64,000 nt of DNA from Raja brachyura (Eukaryota). Location: assembly GCA_963514005.1 (NCBI GenBank), contig OY740792.1, positions 67,394,001 through 67,458,000 on the forward strand. Direction: 5' to 3'. The notes under the pieces are model-generated. The model saw only the letters and a program-made list of their open reading frames with translations. It was not told the DNA's origin and made no database searches. Below, one piece after another: positions 24,628-37,705 of the stretch. Each line of letters begins with the position of its first letter. The first letter of the stretch is position 1. A program made the translations under genes and the position numbers.

Positions 24628-26844
24628 CTTGAAAATTACAATTGAAATATGAATCAAAATAATGCTACAATGAATAACAATATAATAATGACTCTTGCAT
24701 GTTACATTACATTAAATAATTTAAATGCGCTGTTACATGAAACATTAATCATATATTTAGTTTAGTTTAATTTTGTTTAGAGACACAGAATAGAACCTGA
24801 TACTTAGACCCACAGGGTCCACGCTGACCATCGATCATCCGTTCACACCACTTCCATGTTATCACCCTTTCATATCCACTCTCTACACATTAGAGGCAAT
24901 GTGCAGGGACCAATTGAACTACAAACCTTTATGTGTTTTGGACATGCGAGAAAGCCAGAGCACCCGGAGGAAACCCACGCAGTCACGGCTAAAGCATGCA
25001 AACTCCACACAGACGATTGAAACAGAAATATATTAAAATCTAATATTTCCGATGTATTGCTCTTGTGAAATATGTCAATAGGATTGTTTCTGGAATTCTC
25101 TGCCACAGAAGGTAGTTGAGGCCAGTTCATTGGCTATATTTAAGAGGGAGTTAGATGTGGCCCTAGTGGCTAGAGGGATCAGGGGGTATGGAGAGAAGGC
25201 AGGTACGGGATACTGAGTTGGATGATCAGCCATGGTCATATTGAATGGCAGTTCAGGCTTGAAGGGCCGAATGGCCTACTCCTGCACCTATTTTCTATGT
25301 TTCTGCAGGAATTCCATGGTAAATATTACCAATATGTCTGTTAATATAGATATGTGTAGGAAAGAACTGCAGATTTTTGGTTTAAATCGAGGCAGACACA
25401 AACGGCTGGAGTAACTCAGCAGAACAGACAGCATCTCTGGAGAGAAGGAATGGGTGACGTTTCTGGTTGGGACTCTTCTTCAGACTGATGTCAGGGAAGT
25501 GGGCAGCACAGAGATAAAATGTAGTCAGAGACAGTAAGAGTGTTAGGAGAATTGGGAAGAGGGAGGGGATAGAGAGAGAGGGAAAGCAAGGGCTACTTGA
25601 AGTTACCGGTCAATGCGAATATAGATATTTATCCTTGATTATCACTTAAAATTCTAGTTCTATAAATATCTATCCTTAAAGAAATAAGACAGGCCTTTCA
25701 GAGGAGAAAATCTACATTATAGATTAACATTTTTATTATTCACTAAGTTCACTGTCACTAGGGTAAAGATAGGTTCCTTGCGTTGTAAATGACTGCAATT
25801 TACGTGTTGTAAATGGGGTCAAGGAAAGAGCATTCACGTCGCGGCCCTGTTTCCACCAAACTTTCCACCATCACGCACAACAAGCACAAGACAGACATCA
25901 TTGTATGGCTCTGGCTGAACAACTTCTAATCTTGTGTGTGGACTCGATAAGTGTTTATGAGAAGTGAAACATTTCACAAACCGCTAGGGTGTATTGGAAA
26001 ATCAACTGTATAACTGCTTCCTAAAAGCCTCTTAAACATCACTATCATATCTGCCTCCACTACCACCCCTGGCAGTGCATTCCCGGCACCCACCACCCTC
26101 TGTGTACAAAGACTCACCCTGCACATCTTCGTTAAACTTTGCCCCTTATAAACCAAAGAACAAGGAAAAATCATTATGGAAAATCAACAGTGAATCCTTA
26201 ATGTAATGGTCTGTCTTGGAACATCGATGTGTTGTGCACAGAATCTGCCAACCTCATAGAACATAGAACATAGAACATAGTACAGGCCCTTCAGCCTAAA
26301 ATATATCAGAGACGAACATGGAACCAAGTTAAACCAATCTTCTCTGCCTGCATGTGAATCATATCCCTCCATTCCCTGCATATTCATATGCCTATCGAAA
26401 CACCTCTTAAATGCCACTATCATATCAGCCTCCACCACCACTCCTGGCAGCATCTTCCATGCACTCACCACCCTCTGTGTAAAACAACTTGTCCCGTACA
26501 TCTCCTTTAAACGTTGTCTCTCTCACCTTGACGCTATGCCCTCTAGTCCTTGACATTTCCACTATCTAGCTTTCACATTGATTTGCTATAATCTGTTTAC
26601 TGGCTTCAGTAAATCATTTACTATGAAACCAAGATCTCCCAAGTCACATGGGATAAACGCTGCCTCCTGCCATTTACATAATATGCTTTTTTTTAAATTA
26701 AAGAAAAGAAAGAAAATGCTGGAAATATGCAGCAGGACAGGCAGCATATGTGGAAAGAGAAACAAAGTTAAAGGAAGAGGTCGGGGGCCAATCGTGAGAA
26801 CAGGGGGTGAAATAGATGATAGAGAGATGAGCAGAATTCCACAG

Positions 26845-27590
26845 GAAGGAACTGCAGATGCTGGTTTAAACCGAAGATAGACACAAAGTGCTGAAGTAAC
26901 TCCGTGGGACTGGCAGCATCTCTGGAGAGAAGGAATGGGTGACGTTTCAGGTCGAGACTCTTCTTCAGACTGAGAGTCACGGGAAAGGGAAATGAGAGAT
27001 ATAGATGATGATGTAGAAAGATATAGAACAAATGAATGAAAGATATGCAAAAAAGTAACGATGATAAAGGAAACAGGTAATTGTTAGCTGTAGCTAGGTG
27101 AGAAAAAATAAACTGTTGTGACTTGGATGGGGAGGGATAGAGAGAGAGGGGGAATGCAAGGGTTACTTGAAGTTAGAAAAATCAATATTCATATCAAGCT
27201 GCCCAAGCGAAATATGAGATGTTGTTCCTCCAATTTCCATTTAACCTCACTTTGACAATGGAGGAGGCCTAGGACAGAAAGGTCAGAGTGGGAATGAGAA
27301 GGAGAATTAAAGTGTTTAACAACTGGGAGATCAGGTAGGTCCAGGCGGACTGAGTGAAGGTGTTCAGCGAAACGATCGCCCAGTCTACATTTGGTCTCAC
27401 CGATGTATAAAGGTCCACATCTTGAACAACGGATACAGTAGGTGAGGTAGGGGGAGGTGCAAGTGAACCTCAGCCTCACCTGTTCGGACTACTGGGGACC
27501 CTGGATGGAGTTGAGGGAGGAGGTGTAGGGACAGGTGCTGCATCTCCTGTGGTTGCAGGAGAATATCTTCCAGGGTGACATTCCTGGGGG
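26845..27590 (-). mobile_element. Penelope 3' fragment (GIY-YIG end plus pLTR, hammerhead core at 26941-26968)
   Basis: ORF 27189..27479 is homologous to the C-terminus of 5723..8125; pLTR is similar to 8261-8477. Confidence 0.88.
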
Positions 27591-27714
27591 AAAAGTGGCA
27601 ATAATTTGAAAAGTAAATACATAAAGTGCTGTAGCAACTCAGCAGTCCAGTCAGCATCTACGAAGAAATGAAATACTGTAGGTGACGTTTTTCTTCAGAT
27701 AATTAGATAGAGAA

Positions 27715-29645
27715 TGACTGGGAAACACATTCTGTAAATGGCCTGGATGGTTTGGAGTTTGTTAAATGTGTGCAGGATAGTTTTTTGCAGCAATACATAG
27801 AGGTATCGACCAGAGAAGGGACAGTGCTGGACCTCCTGTTAGCAAATGAGGCAGGTCAGGTGACGGAGGTATGCGTTGGTGAGCACTTCGGGACCAGTGA
27901 TCACAATACCATTAGTTTCAATATAATTATGGAGACAGTCAGAACTGGACCTAGGGTTGAGATTTTTGATTGGAGAAAGGCTAACTTTGAGGGAATGCGT
28001 AATGATTTAAAAGGAGTGAATTGGGACATTTTGTTTCATGGGAAGGATGTAGAAGAGAAATGGAGGACATTTAAAGGGGAAATTGTAAGAGTACAGAATC
28101 TTTATGTCCCTGTTCGGTTGAAAGGAAATAGTAAAAATCGGAAAGAGCCATGGTTTTCAAGGGAAATTGGACACTTGGTTCGAAAAAAGAAAGATATCTA
28201 CAATAATTATGGATTTGTGCCTGGAAGGTCATGTTTGACAAACCTAGCAATTATAGACCAGTTAGTTTGACGTCAGTGGTGGGCAAATTAATGGAAAGGA
28301 TACTTAGAGATAATATATATAAGCATCTGGATAAACAGGGTCTGATCAAGAACAGTCAACATGGATTTGTGCCTGGAAGGTCATGTTTGACAAACCTTGA
28401 ATTTTTTGAAGAGGTTACTAGGGAAATTGATTAGGGTAAAGCAGTGGATGTTGTCTATATGGATTTCAGTAAGGCCTTTGACAAGGTTCCCCATGGAAGG
28501 TTGGTTAAAAGGTTCAATCTTTGGGTGTTAATGGTGGAGTAGCAAGATGGATTCAACAGTGGCTGAATGGGAAATGTCAGAGAGTAATGGTGGATGGCTG
28601 TTTGTCAGGGTGGAAGCCGGTGACCAGTGGGGTGCCTCAGGGATCTGCGTTGGGTCCACTGTTGTTTGTCATGTACATCAATGATCTAGATGATGGGGTG
28701 GAAAATTGGATAAGTAAGTATGCAGATGATACTAAAATAGATGGTGCTGTGGATAATGAAGTAGATTTTCAAAGTCTACAGAGAGATTTGGGACATTTGG
28801 AAGAATGGGATAAAAGATGGCAGATGGAGTTTAATGCTGATAAGTGTGAGGTGCTACATCTTGGCAGGACAAATCAAAATAGGACGTACATGGTAAATGG
28901 TAGGGAATTGAGGAATGCTGTGGAACAGAGGGATCTAGGAATAACTATGCATCGTTCCCTGAAGGTGGAATCGCATGTAGATAGGGTGGTAAAGAAAGCT
29001 TTTGGTGTGCTGGCATTTATAAATCAGAGCATTGAATATAGGAGTAGGGAAGTAATGTTAAAATTGTACAAGGCATTGGTGAGACCAATTCTGGAGTATG
29101 GTGTACAATTTTGGTCGCCTAATTATAGGAAGGATGTCAACAAAATAGAGAGAGTACAGAGGAGATGTACTGGAATGTTGCCTGGGTTCCAGCAACTAAG
29201 TAACAGAGAAAGGTTGAACAAGTTAGGACTTTATTCTTTGGAGAGCAGAAGGTTAAGGGGGGACTTGATTGAGGTCTTTAAAATGATGAAAGGGATAGAC
29301 AGAGTTGACCTGGATAAGCTTTTCCCATTGAGGGTAGGGAAGATTCAAACAAGAGGGCATGACATGAGAATTAAGGGACAGAAGTTTAGGGGTAACATGA
29401 GGGGGAATTTCTTTACTCAGAGAGTGGTGGCTGTGTGGAATGATCTTCCAGCAGAAGTGGAGGAGGCAGGATCGATTTTAACATTTAAAAGTAAAGTGGA
29501 TAGGTATATGGACGGGAAGGGAATGGAGGGGTATGGTCTGAGTGCAGGTAGATGGGACTAAGGGAAAATAAATGGTCGGCACGGACTGGAAGGGCCGAGA
29601 AGGCCTGTTTCCGTGCTGTAATTGTTATATGGTTATATGGTTATA
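27715..29645 (+). mobile_element. CR1 LINE, 5'-truncated, with internal deletion
   Basis: ORFs 27752..28270, 28231..28434 and 28521..29561 (YADD); tail (ttatatgg)n. Confidence 0.93.
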
Positions 29646-30817
29646 ATGTAGGGAAAGAAATGCAGATGCTGGTTTATACCAAAGATAAACCAATGAAAAC
29701 AAGAAAACTAACCTAAACTCATTCAAGTTAAACTAATCTCTGTTGCATATAATTCATATCCCTCTATTCCCTGCAAATCCATGTGCCTATCAAAACCGCT
29801 AACGTCTAACACCACAAATTACATCTACCTCCCCCACCACCCCTGGCAGCATGCTCCAGCTCACAACACCCTCAATAAAAACTTTAAATGCTCATATGGT
29901 CAGGCGGCATTTGTGAAGAGAAAATCAGGTTCAATGTTTCAGGTCGAAACCTGTGTCAGAACTCTTCTTAACTTTTTTGTTTTAGTTTAGTTGAGTTTAT
30001 TGTCACGTGGACTGAGATACAGCAAAAAAGCTTTTGTTTTCTCATCAAAATATACAATTTTTATTTTTTCCCACATTTTCTCCACTTCACTATTTTCTTG
30101 TTCATATATTATATCCACAATCAATTTTCCTATCTGTCTTTGTATCATTCGAATATTTAGCAACATCACAACGTTGCCTTCCTAAGAGTCCTAAGAGTCG
30201 TATACATTACATTTCATAATGCAATATTCAGTCTGAAGAAGGGTCCTGACCCGAAACATCACCTATCCATGTTCTCCAGAGATGCTGCCTGACGCGTTGA
30301 GTTCCTCCAGCACTTTGTGTCTATGCAGAATTCCAGCGTCTGAGATTCCAGTGTCTCTACTTTACTGACCAACTGTCTGTGTCATCACCAAATTTAGCAA
30401 CATCCCATCTCATGTGAGTCATAAAAAATCATTGATCGTACAGTGTGGAAACAGGCCCTTTGCGTACGGCGAAAAAGATGCCCCATCTACAGTAGTCCCA
30501 CCTACCTTCATTTGCCGCATATCCCCCTAAACGTATCCTATCCATGTACCTGTCCAAAAGTTTGTAATCCTTGTATAATCCTGCCTCAACTACCTCCTCT
30601 GGCAGCTCATTCCATATACCTACCACATTTGATAGGTATATGGAAATACCTATGCAAAGTTGCCCCACAGGTTCCGTTTGAATCTATTCCCCTCACCTTA
30701 AATCGCATGTCCCTGGTTCTTGATTCCCCTACTCTGGATAAAAAACTGTGCATTTACCCGATCTATTCCTCGTGATCTTATACACCTCTATACTATTTTT
30801 ATCAAATTCCTTCTGGG

Positions 30818-30848
<31 letters not shown>

Positions 30849-31669
30849 TTACATCTACAAGTTTCTCCTTTATCCACCTGCGTGTTACTTTTTCCCAATT
30901 CAAATATATTGGTCAAAAACGATTTTCCATACCTTAGTTATTTCTGCATGGCTTGCTATAAATTCTGTAATAATAGCTTCGAACATTTTATCAATGGCAG
31001 ACGTTAAGCTAATTAAGCTAATAGATTATTGGTTTCTGCACTTGTTTGAATTAAGGAGCAAATGTGCTATTTTCCCATCTAATGCATCGTTCCACCAATC
31101 TTGGGAATCTCGGAATATTAAAACCTGTACAGCAACTAGCCACAAGGTGCTGGAGTAACTCAGCGGGTCAGGCAGCATCCCTGGAGAGCACTGGAAGGAC
31201 ATGTTTCAGGTGGAAACCCTTCTTCAGACAACAAGAAGACGATTTCTGCATACCCCTGACCTGGAACGTCACCTATCCATGTTCTCCAGAGATGCTGCCT
31301 GACCCGCGGAGTTACTCCAGCAATTTGTGCCCCTTTTCCACTGTTCCATCATATTCCACTGTCCTTGTAAGGAAACCAAGTTGATTTAACAGCAGCACTA
31401 TAACCGGTGGGGCTCCGTGAGCGAAATTGAAATGGTAATAATTAAGTACTGTGTATAGTTTATGGAGATACAAGGAACTGCAGATGCTGGAATCATGAGC
31501 AAAACACACAGTGCTGGTGGAACTCAGTGTGTCAGGGAGCATCTGTGGGCTGAAGAAGGGTCCCGACCCGAAACGACGCATGTCCATTCCCTCCACAGAT
31601 ACTGAGTTCCTCCAGCACTTTGTGTCTTGCTCAAGATTCCAGCATCTGCAGTTTCTCGAGTATCAATGT

Positions 31670-31830
31670 TATACATCTTCAACTTTCACTATTATTTGAA
31701 AACATTTACCGTTAAGATACGGCGTAAGTGCTTTATTAGGCCAAGATATATATAATATATATATGATAAAGCACTTACGCCGTATTTTTGCGGTAAATGT
31801 TTCAAATAATAATGAAGAAAGATGTGTATA
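31670..31830. repeat. Palindromic AT-rich element (MITE-like) with a (TA)n centre
   Basis: attatttgaaaacatttaccg...tacggcgtaagtgctttat is mirrored by ataaagcacttacgccgta...cggtaaatgtttcaaataat. Confidence 0.7.
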
Positions 31831-32677
31831 TATGAGCTGATATCATCGATGTATACATACATATATATAATATATAAGGCAGCAAATATATATATATCGA
31901 TGCACAGTTGAACTGTACTTGAGTTGCTGCCTTACAGCGCCGTAGACGCGGGTTCAATCCTGACTACGGGTGTAGGATGTGCCGAGTTTGTGCGTTCTCC
32001 CCGTGACCTGCGTGAGTTTTTTTCACGGATGCTCCGGTTTCCTCCCGCACTCCAAAGACGTACAGGTTTGTAGGTTAATTGGCTTCGGTAAAATTGTAAA
32101 TTGTCCCTAATGCGCAGGATAGTGTTAGTGTAAAACGTGTTTTAGAAGAAGGGCCTCGACCCGAAACGTGGCATATCCTTCTCCACAAAGATGCTGCCTC
32201 ACCCGCTGAGTTCCTCCAGCATTTTGTTGTCTACCCAGTGTATGAGGTGATCGCTGATCCCCCGAAATCTGTAAGGTGTAAAAGTCTAAATGCATATTTG
32301 CAGCAGATATTGTACACATTGACTGATCTTATACACTTTTGATCGGGTTAATGAATTGCGTTCAACGTTCTCCAGAGATGCTACTTGACCCGTTGAGTTA
32401 CTCCAGCACTTTGTGTACTTTTTTGTAAACCAGCATCTGCAGTTCATTGTGGCTACGTTTAACAAATTTGTACATATGTACTATTAAACCTTGTACATGT
32501 GTAGAAAGGAACTGCAGATGCGAGTTTACACCGCAGATAGACACAAAATGTTGGAGTAACTCGGCAGTAACTGAGCCGCTGACCAGCACTCTGTGTGTCT
32601 TCAGTAACTGGAGGACGTCGGCTGTTCGGTAACTGGACGACGCCGGCCGGAATGACACATTCATTCAAGCCACTTAC

Positions 32678-32989
32678 TTGGGGTGGGAGGGAAAAGTTCG
32701 CTCACCGAGCCCGTCCCCGTGAGGTGCTGAACCAGGCAGGTGGCGACCGTGCCCGCCTCTAGCCGAGGGTCGATGAGCCGCAGCCGGGAGCTCACGTTGA
32801 AGCTTCCATCCCCGTTCTCCCTCAGCGGCCCCGCTTCTGTTTCATAGGACAAGTGGCCCACGACAGCCCAGGACATGTTCAGCTCCCTCGGGAAGAATCC
32901 GGCGGCCACACAAGTCAGAGTCAGCTTCTGGTTCTGCGTCTCTGCGCCTTCTACCCCGGGATCCAGGCTCAGGGAGATGTCAGGCTTCG
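32678..32989 (-). CDS. Gene 1 exon 3, C1-set Ig domain (AKPDISLS...LTLTCVAAGFFPRELNMSW...NGDGSFNVSSRL...ATCLVQH...)
   Basis: C1 hallmarks CxxxGFxP...W, NxDGSF and CxVxH; acceptor tttttctactttacgcag, donor CAA|gtaagt; 312 nt, phase 1-1. Confidence 0.93.
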
Positions 32990-35743
32990 CTGCGTAAAGT
33001 AGAAAAACAGCACGTTGTGAATCTCCCTGTCGCTCTCAGTCATGCATGAGCAACTGTGATAACACGGCACGCCGTGCACCGTGCTGAAGGAGCAACCAAG
33101 TCATTCAATGGATTAGTAGCGGAATAAAGACGAGCTGCAAATGCTGGTTTATACCAACGAAAGGCACAAGTACTGGAGTAACTCAGAGGGTCAGGCGGCA
33201 TCTCTGGAGAATATGGATAGGTGACGAGAGGTAGACACAAACTGCTGGAGTCACTCTTCATGGATGATATGTGATGTTTGGGGTCGGGTTACTTCTACAG
33301 ACTACATCTCTTCAGTCTGTGTCTCAAAATGCACAATAAGAGAGAAAAATACAGGAAGCGAATGAAATGGAATTGGAGACACGGGAATTGGAGATGCTGG
33401 AATGTTTAAGAATAAGGGGTCGGCCATTTAGAATGGAGATGAGGAAAAACATTTCACCCAGAGAGTTGTGAATCTGTGGAGTTCGCTGCCTCTGAAGGCA
33501 GTGGAGGCCAATTCTCTGGATGCTTTCAAGAGCGAGTTATAGAGCTCTTAAAGATGGTGGAGTCCCGGGATATGGGGAGAAGGCAGGGACGGGGTGCTGA
33601 TTGTGGATGGTCAGCCATGATCACAGTGAATCTGCGGAGGGGTTGGACAGGCGGCGATTCGGGTCGGGACCCTTCGGTCTGAATCGCCGCCAGTCCATTC
33701 CCTCCACAGATGCTGCCGGACCCGCCGAGTTCCTCCAGCACTCTGTGTATTTTAATGCCTTAAATGGAAGTGAATATCTTGTAGACGGCAAACTAAATCC
33801 AAGCAGACGATGGACATCTAAAACAGAACATATAAATATTCAGCCGGACAGGCCTGATTCGTGGCAAGAGAACGACGGTCCATGTTCTCCAGAGATGCTG
33901 CCTGACCCGATGAGTTACTCCAGCACTTTGCGTCTTTTTGTTAACCAGCACCTCCGGTTCCTTGTGTTTCAGGGTCAGAGTTTCGGCTGGAAGTCTTCAA
34001 TGTGAATCGGAAAATTCTCTCTCCCCCCACCCCACAGATACGGACCGACCTGTTGAGTAGCTCCAGCATTTTATTTATTTGCTTTTACAACTGGTACTGT
34101 CCGGGCCCAGGTTGTTTCTGCAACAGAAGATGGGTTCACGTTGCCAGAATTATTTACCAGAGTCTGAGCGAGTCGGGCTCCCTGTCGTCAGCCCGTGGGC
34201 GATGGTAGAGCGGCCGCATTTTGCATTGTAGCTGCCTCCCTTTAATGAAGCGTTAGGAATGTGTGCGACCATCCCCACTGTCCGCTGATGCGGTGGGGTG
34301 GGGGCCGCACACGCGTCCCAAGTTCCCCAACCAGAATGCTGCCTTAACCACCCAGTTCCCCAGCACTTTGTGTTTTGCTTAAATAAAACTCCAGCGCCTG
34401 CAGTCCCTGTCTCCACTTCTATTTCTTCCCCTTCCTGCATTTTATCTCTGTCTATTAATGTGCATGTTGAGGCACAAACCAACCCAGACCTGACACTAAA
34501 CATCACCTATCCATGATCTCCAGGGGTGCTGCCTGACCCACTGAGTGGTATAAACCAGTGTCTACATTTGACTGCTCCACTGTGAAATTCATCAAGGTCT
34601 GCCTTATTGGAAGAAGTTATCCGACGTCAGTTCATTGAAAATAGGTGCAGGAGTAGGCCATTCGGCCCTTCAATGTGATCATGGTTGATCATCCAACTCA
34701 ATATCCCGTACCTGCCTTCTCTCCATACCCCCTGATCCCTTTAGCCAAGAGAGAGGTTCTGTAATAACCCCTCTCGCAGTCTGTAGTAGGGCCCCGTGCC
34801 GAGACGTCACCTATCCATGATCTCCAGGGGTGATGCCCGCCCCGCTGTTACTCCAGCACTTTGATTCTGCCCTCTCTCACTGCTGCCCTCAATGATTCTG
34901 TCGCTTATATTTAGTTGTGTTCATTTCCACACATAAACATGATGCATCTGCCGCACATTTGGTTATCGCAGCCGGGAATTGTTTCAGGGCCAGTTATTCT
35001 ACTTCCCTGGAGCCCGGAAGCAAATGTTAAACCGAACTTGACAAAGACAAGAATCCTTCAGCCGGTCAGGTCAAGAGGGAATCTAGAGAAAACTGAGAGA
35101 AACAAAGAGGTTTTTGTTTCCACACTCCCTCCTTGTAAGGAAACCAAGATAATTAAATGCCGGCACTAGACCTATTGGGGATATAAACACTGCGACCGAG
35201 GTTGAGGTTGTGTTCATTATCTATGTTGTATCATTAGGGAGACAGGAGGAACTCCAGATGCGAGTTTTTTTTTTCCAAAGATGCACTCAAAGCGCTGGAG
35301 TAACTCAGCGAGTCAGGCAGCATCTCTGGAAATCAGGGATTTAAGTTCGGGACCTTTTGTCAGACTGGGTTGGTTTGTGCCGGAAAATGAGCATTAATAG
35401 AGGGAGATGAAATGCAGGAATGAAATGGAAGTAGAGACAGGGAACTGCAGGCGCTGCAGTCTTAAGCAAAACACAAAATGCTGGAGGAACACAGCGGTTA
35501 AGGCCGCATCTGTGGAGGGAATGGACAGGCGGCGTTTCGGGTTGGGGAACTTGGGATTCGTGTGATTCACCAACCCCATCGCATCAGATCTCGGGGTGGC
35601 TGTGGAGGCAGATACGATAGTAGAGTTGAAGAGACTTTTGGATAGACACATGAATATACAAGTTAGTTTAACCTGGCCTCATGGTCCGCACGAACATTGT
35701 GGGCTGAAGGGCCTATTCCTGTTGTATGTTCTATATTAATTAC

Positions 35744-36073
35744 CTTGGATGTGCAATGTTGTTCCATTTCCTATACACTTTTTCCAGATATCATCCATCA
35801 GTACCACACAATGGTAAGTGTCTGCATCGTGCACAGTCGCTTTCCGAATGACCAGCGAGTCCTTGGACACGGACAGGCGGTCGCTTGTCTTCAGAAAACT
35901 CCCGAACTTGTTGTCCCAGAGATCCGGGTTGTCTTTCGTCCGAATCCAGTATCGCCTCATTGAAACTTTCTCCCCCTCTCCGGGTAGCAGGGAGCAGTTG
36001 AACCTCGCTGTCTGCCCTCGGAGAAGCGTCAGAGCAGCAGGAGACTGGATCACCCTCACACCGACAGCGGACC
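35744..36073 (-). CDS. Gene 1 exon 2, germline-joined VJ-type V-set domain (GSAVGVRVIQSP...FNC...YW...DADTYHC...CIGNGTTLHIQ)
   Basis: B-strand Cys, C-strand Trp, DxxxYxC and J-like GxGTxL in one exon; acceptor cactttccgtgccag, donor AAG|gtaatt; 330 nt, phase 1-1. Confidence 0.94.
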
Positions 36074-36763
36074 CTGGCACGGAAAGTGAACATAGTTAAC
36101 GACGTCTTCCGAGTAACTCGAGTTTACTATCATGGGCACAAGGACAGTGAGGTCCAGGCGCAATTAAACCACCCTCGCTCACCTGTAACCACTTGTGCAG
36201 GAAGGAACTGCAGATGCTGATCTATATCGAAGACAATCACAAAGTGCTGGAGACGCTAGTAGCATCTCTGGAGAACATATCTGAAGAAAGGTCGCGACGC
36301 GAAACGTCACCTATCCATGTTCTCCACAGATGCTGCCTGACCCGCTGAGTTACTCCAGCACTGTGTTTTGTTCAAGATTCCAGCATCTACAGTTCCTTGT
36401 GTCGCTTATATTTAAGATAGACACAAGGTGCTGGAGTAACTCAGCGGGTCAGGCAGCAACTCTGGAGAAAAATGACGGGTGACGTTTCGGGTCGGAACCC
36501 TTCGCTTAAATATAGTCGTGTTAACTTTCTGACATTTCAATTTCTGCTTTTGTGTCTAAATTAAAAACTTGCTTGCAACAGCATCACGTGCACCTTCACT
36601 GAAACAAACACATATTCAAAAACAAATTGAACATAAATGACACATGACATTTCTAAAAGGCGGCAAAAGAGCAACAAACATTAGTGCAAAAGAGATAGAA
36701 AGAAACAAGTTATCGGAAGACAACGTGAACAGAGGTTGGCAAGAGTGAACATGAATGACTTAC

Positions 36764-36812
36764 CTGGGAGAAAGAGGCAGAGCGTGCAGATGAATTTTGC
36801 AAACGATGACAT
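36764..36812 (-). CDS. Gene 1 exon 1, signal peptide (MSSFAKFICTLCLFLP-G)
   Basis: ccaaaATG start, hydrophobic core, 49 nt ending in phase 1 at CAG|gtaagt; splices in frame to the V exon. Confidence 0.88.
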
Positions 36813-37705
36813 TTTGGTGAAGGAATTGCCGAGACACGGATCACACGGAGCCGCTGGTCATTCTGCAGAATTCACAACCGCGGCGAGTTTTTCTGCGCTG
36901 CTGTGCGTCAGATCGACCGCAGATTGGACTGCAGTGAAACAACTCTTCGTACATTTGTGGAAAGAGGAACTGAAGATGTTGGTATACAAGAAAAGAGGCA
37001 GAAAGTAACTCAGTGGAGTAACTCAGTGGATCAGGCAGCATCTCCAGAGACCATGAATAGCAACCATCCCGAAACATCACCAACAGGGGGATGTGAGAGC
37101 CAGCCGCTGAATCGGTTATTCATGTAGCTCGATTGTACAGGGGAAGAAGCCTGGCAGACGAATTAATTCGGCCAACGACGGGCAAAAGTCATCGTTCAGA
37201 ACGCACCCCAGGCGCTCATCGGCAGTAGCGGTTCACTGGAGCTGGGGGCAGCAGGATAGCTCAGAAATTCCACGCACCTTCCAATCATGCTCAAAAATGG
37301 TTCTAGCACTTCCAATATTTGGGTAGCGCACCGTTCACAAGTTGTAATATTTACATTTGGTTGTACAACACACAAAGGGTAAAAATATTTGGTTGAGGCA
37401 CAGCCGGAGCATTCCAAGTAAGTTTGGATTATGGCCAGGGTTTGGAAATTGGGAAAAAGTTCTCATGCAAACCACCCATGTAATAAGGCAGGATTGGCAT
37501 GTTATTATGAAGAATGGAGAGTATCGGGAACATTCCGAATGGAAAAATTTATTTCTGACTACAAAAGATTCATAAGGTAAGAGATACATGTTATACAAAT
37601 CCCATTACAAAGGTTATCAAAGACAATATAACTGTACTATAACAGTAAAGCTTTGCAGTATGGGATAAACTGTTTGTTGGTCATTGGGATTTACCTTTAA
37701 TTATT

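Noticed and set aside
31915-31980. tRNA gene
   Set aside because: tRNA-derived SINE head that runs into the V-SINE core; no complete cloverleaf
35744-36073. Rearranging TCR/Ig V segment with RSS
   Set aside because: The J-like strand is already fused in frame and followed by a splice donor; no heptamer/nonamer after the V and no D/J cluster seen before the C1 exon
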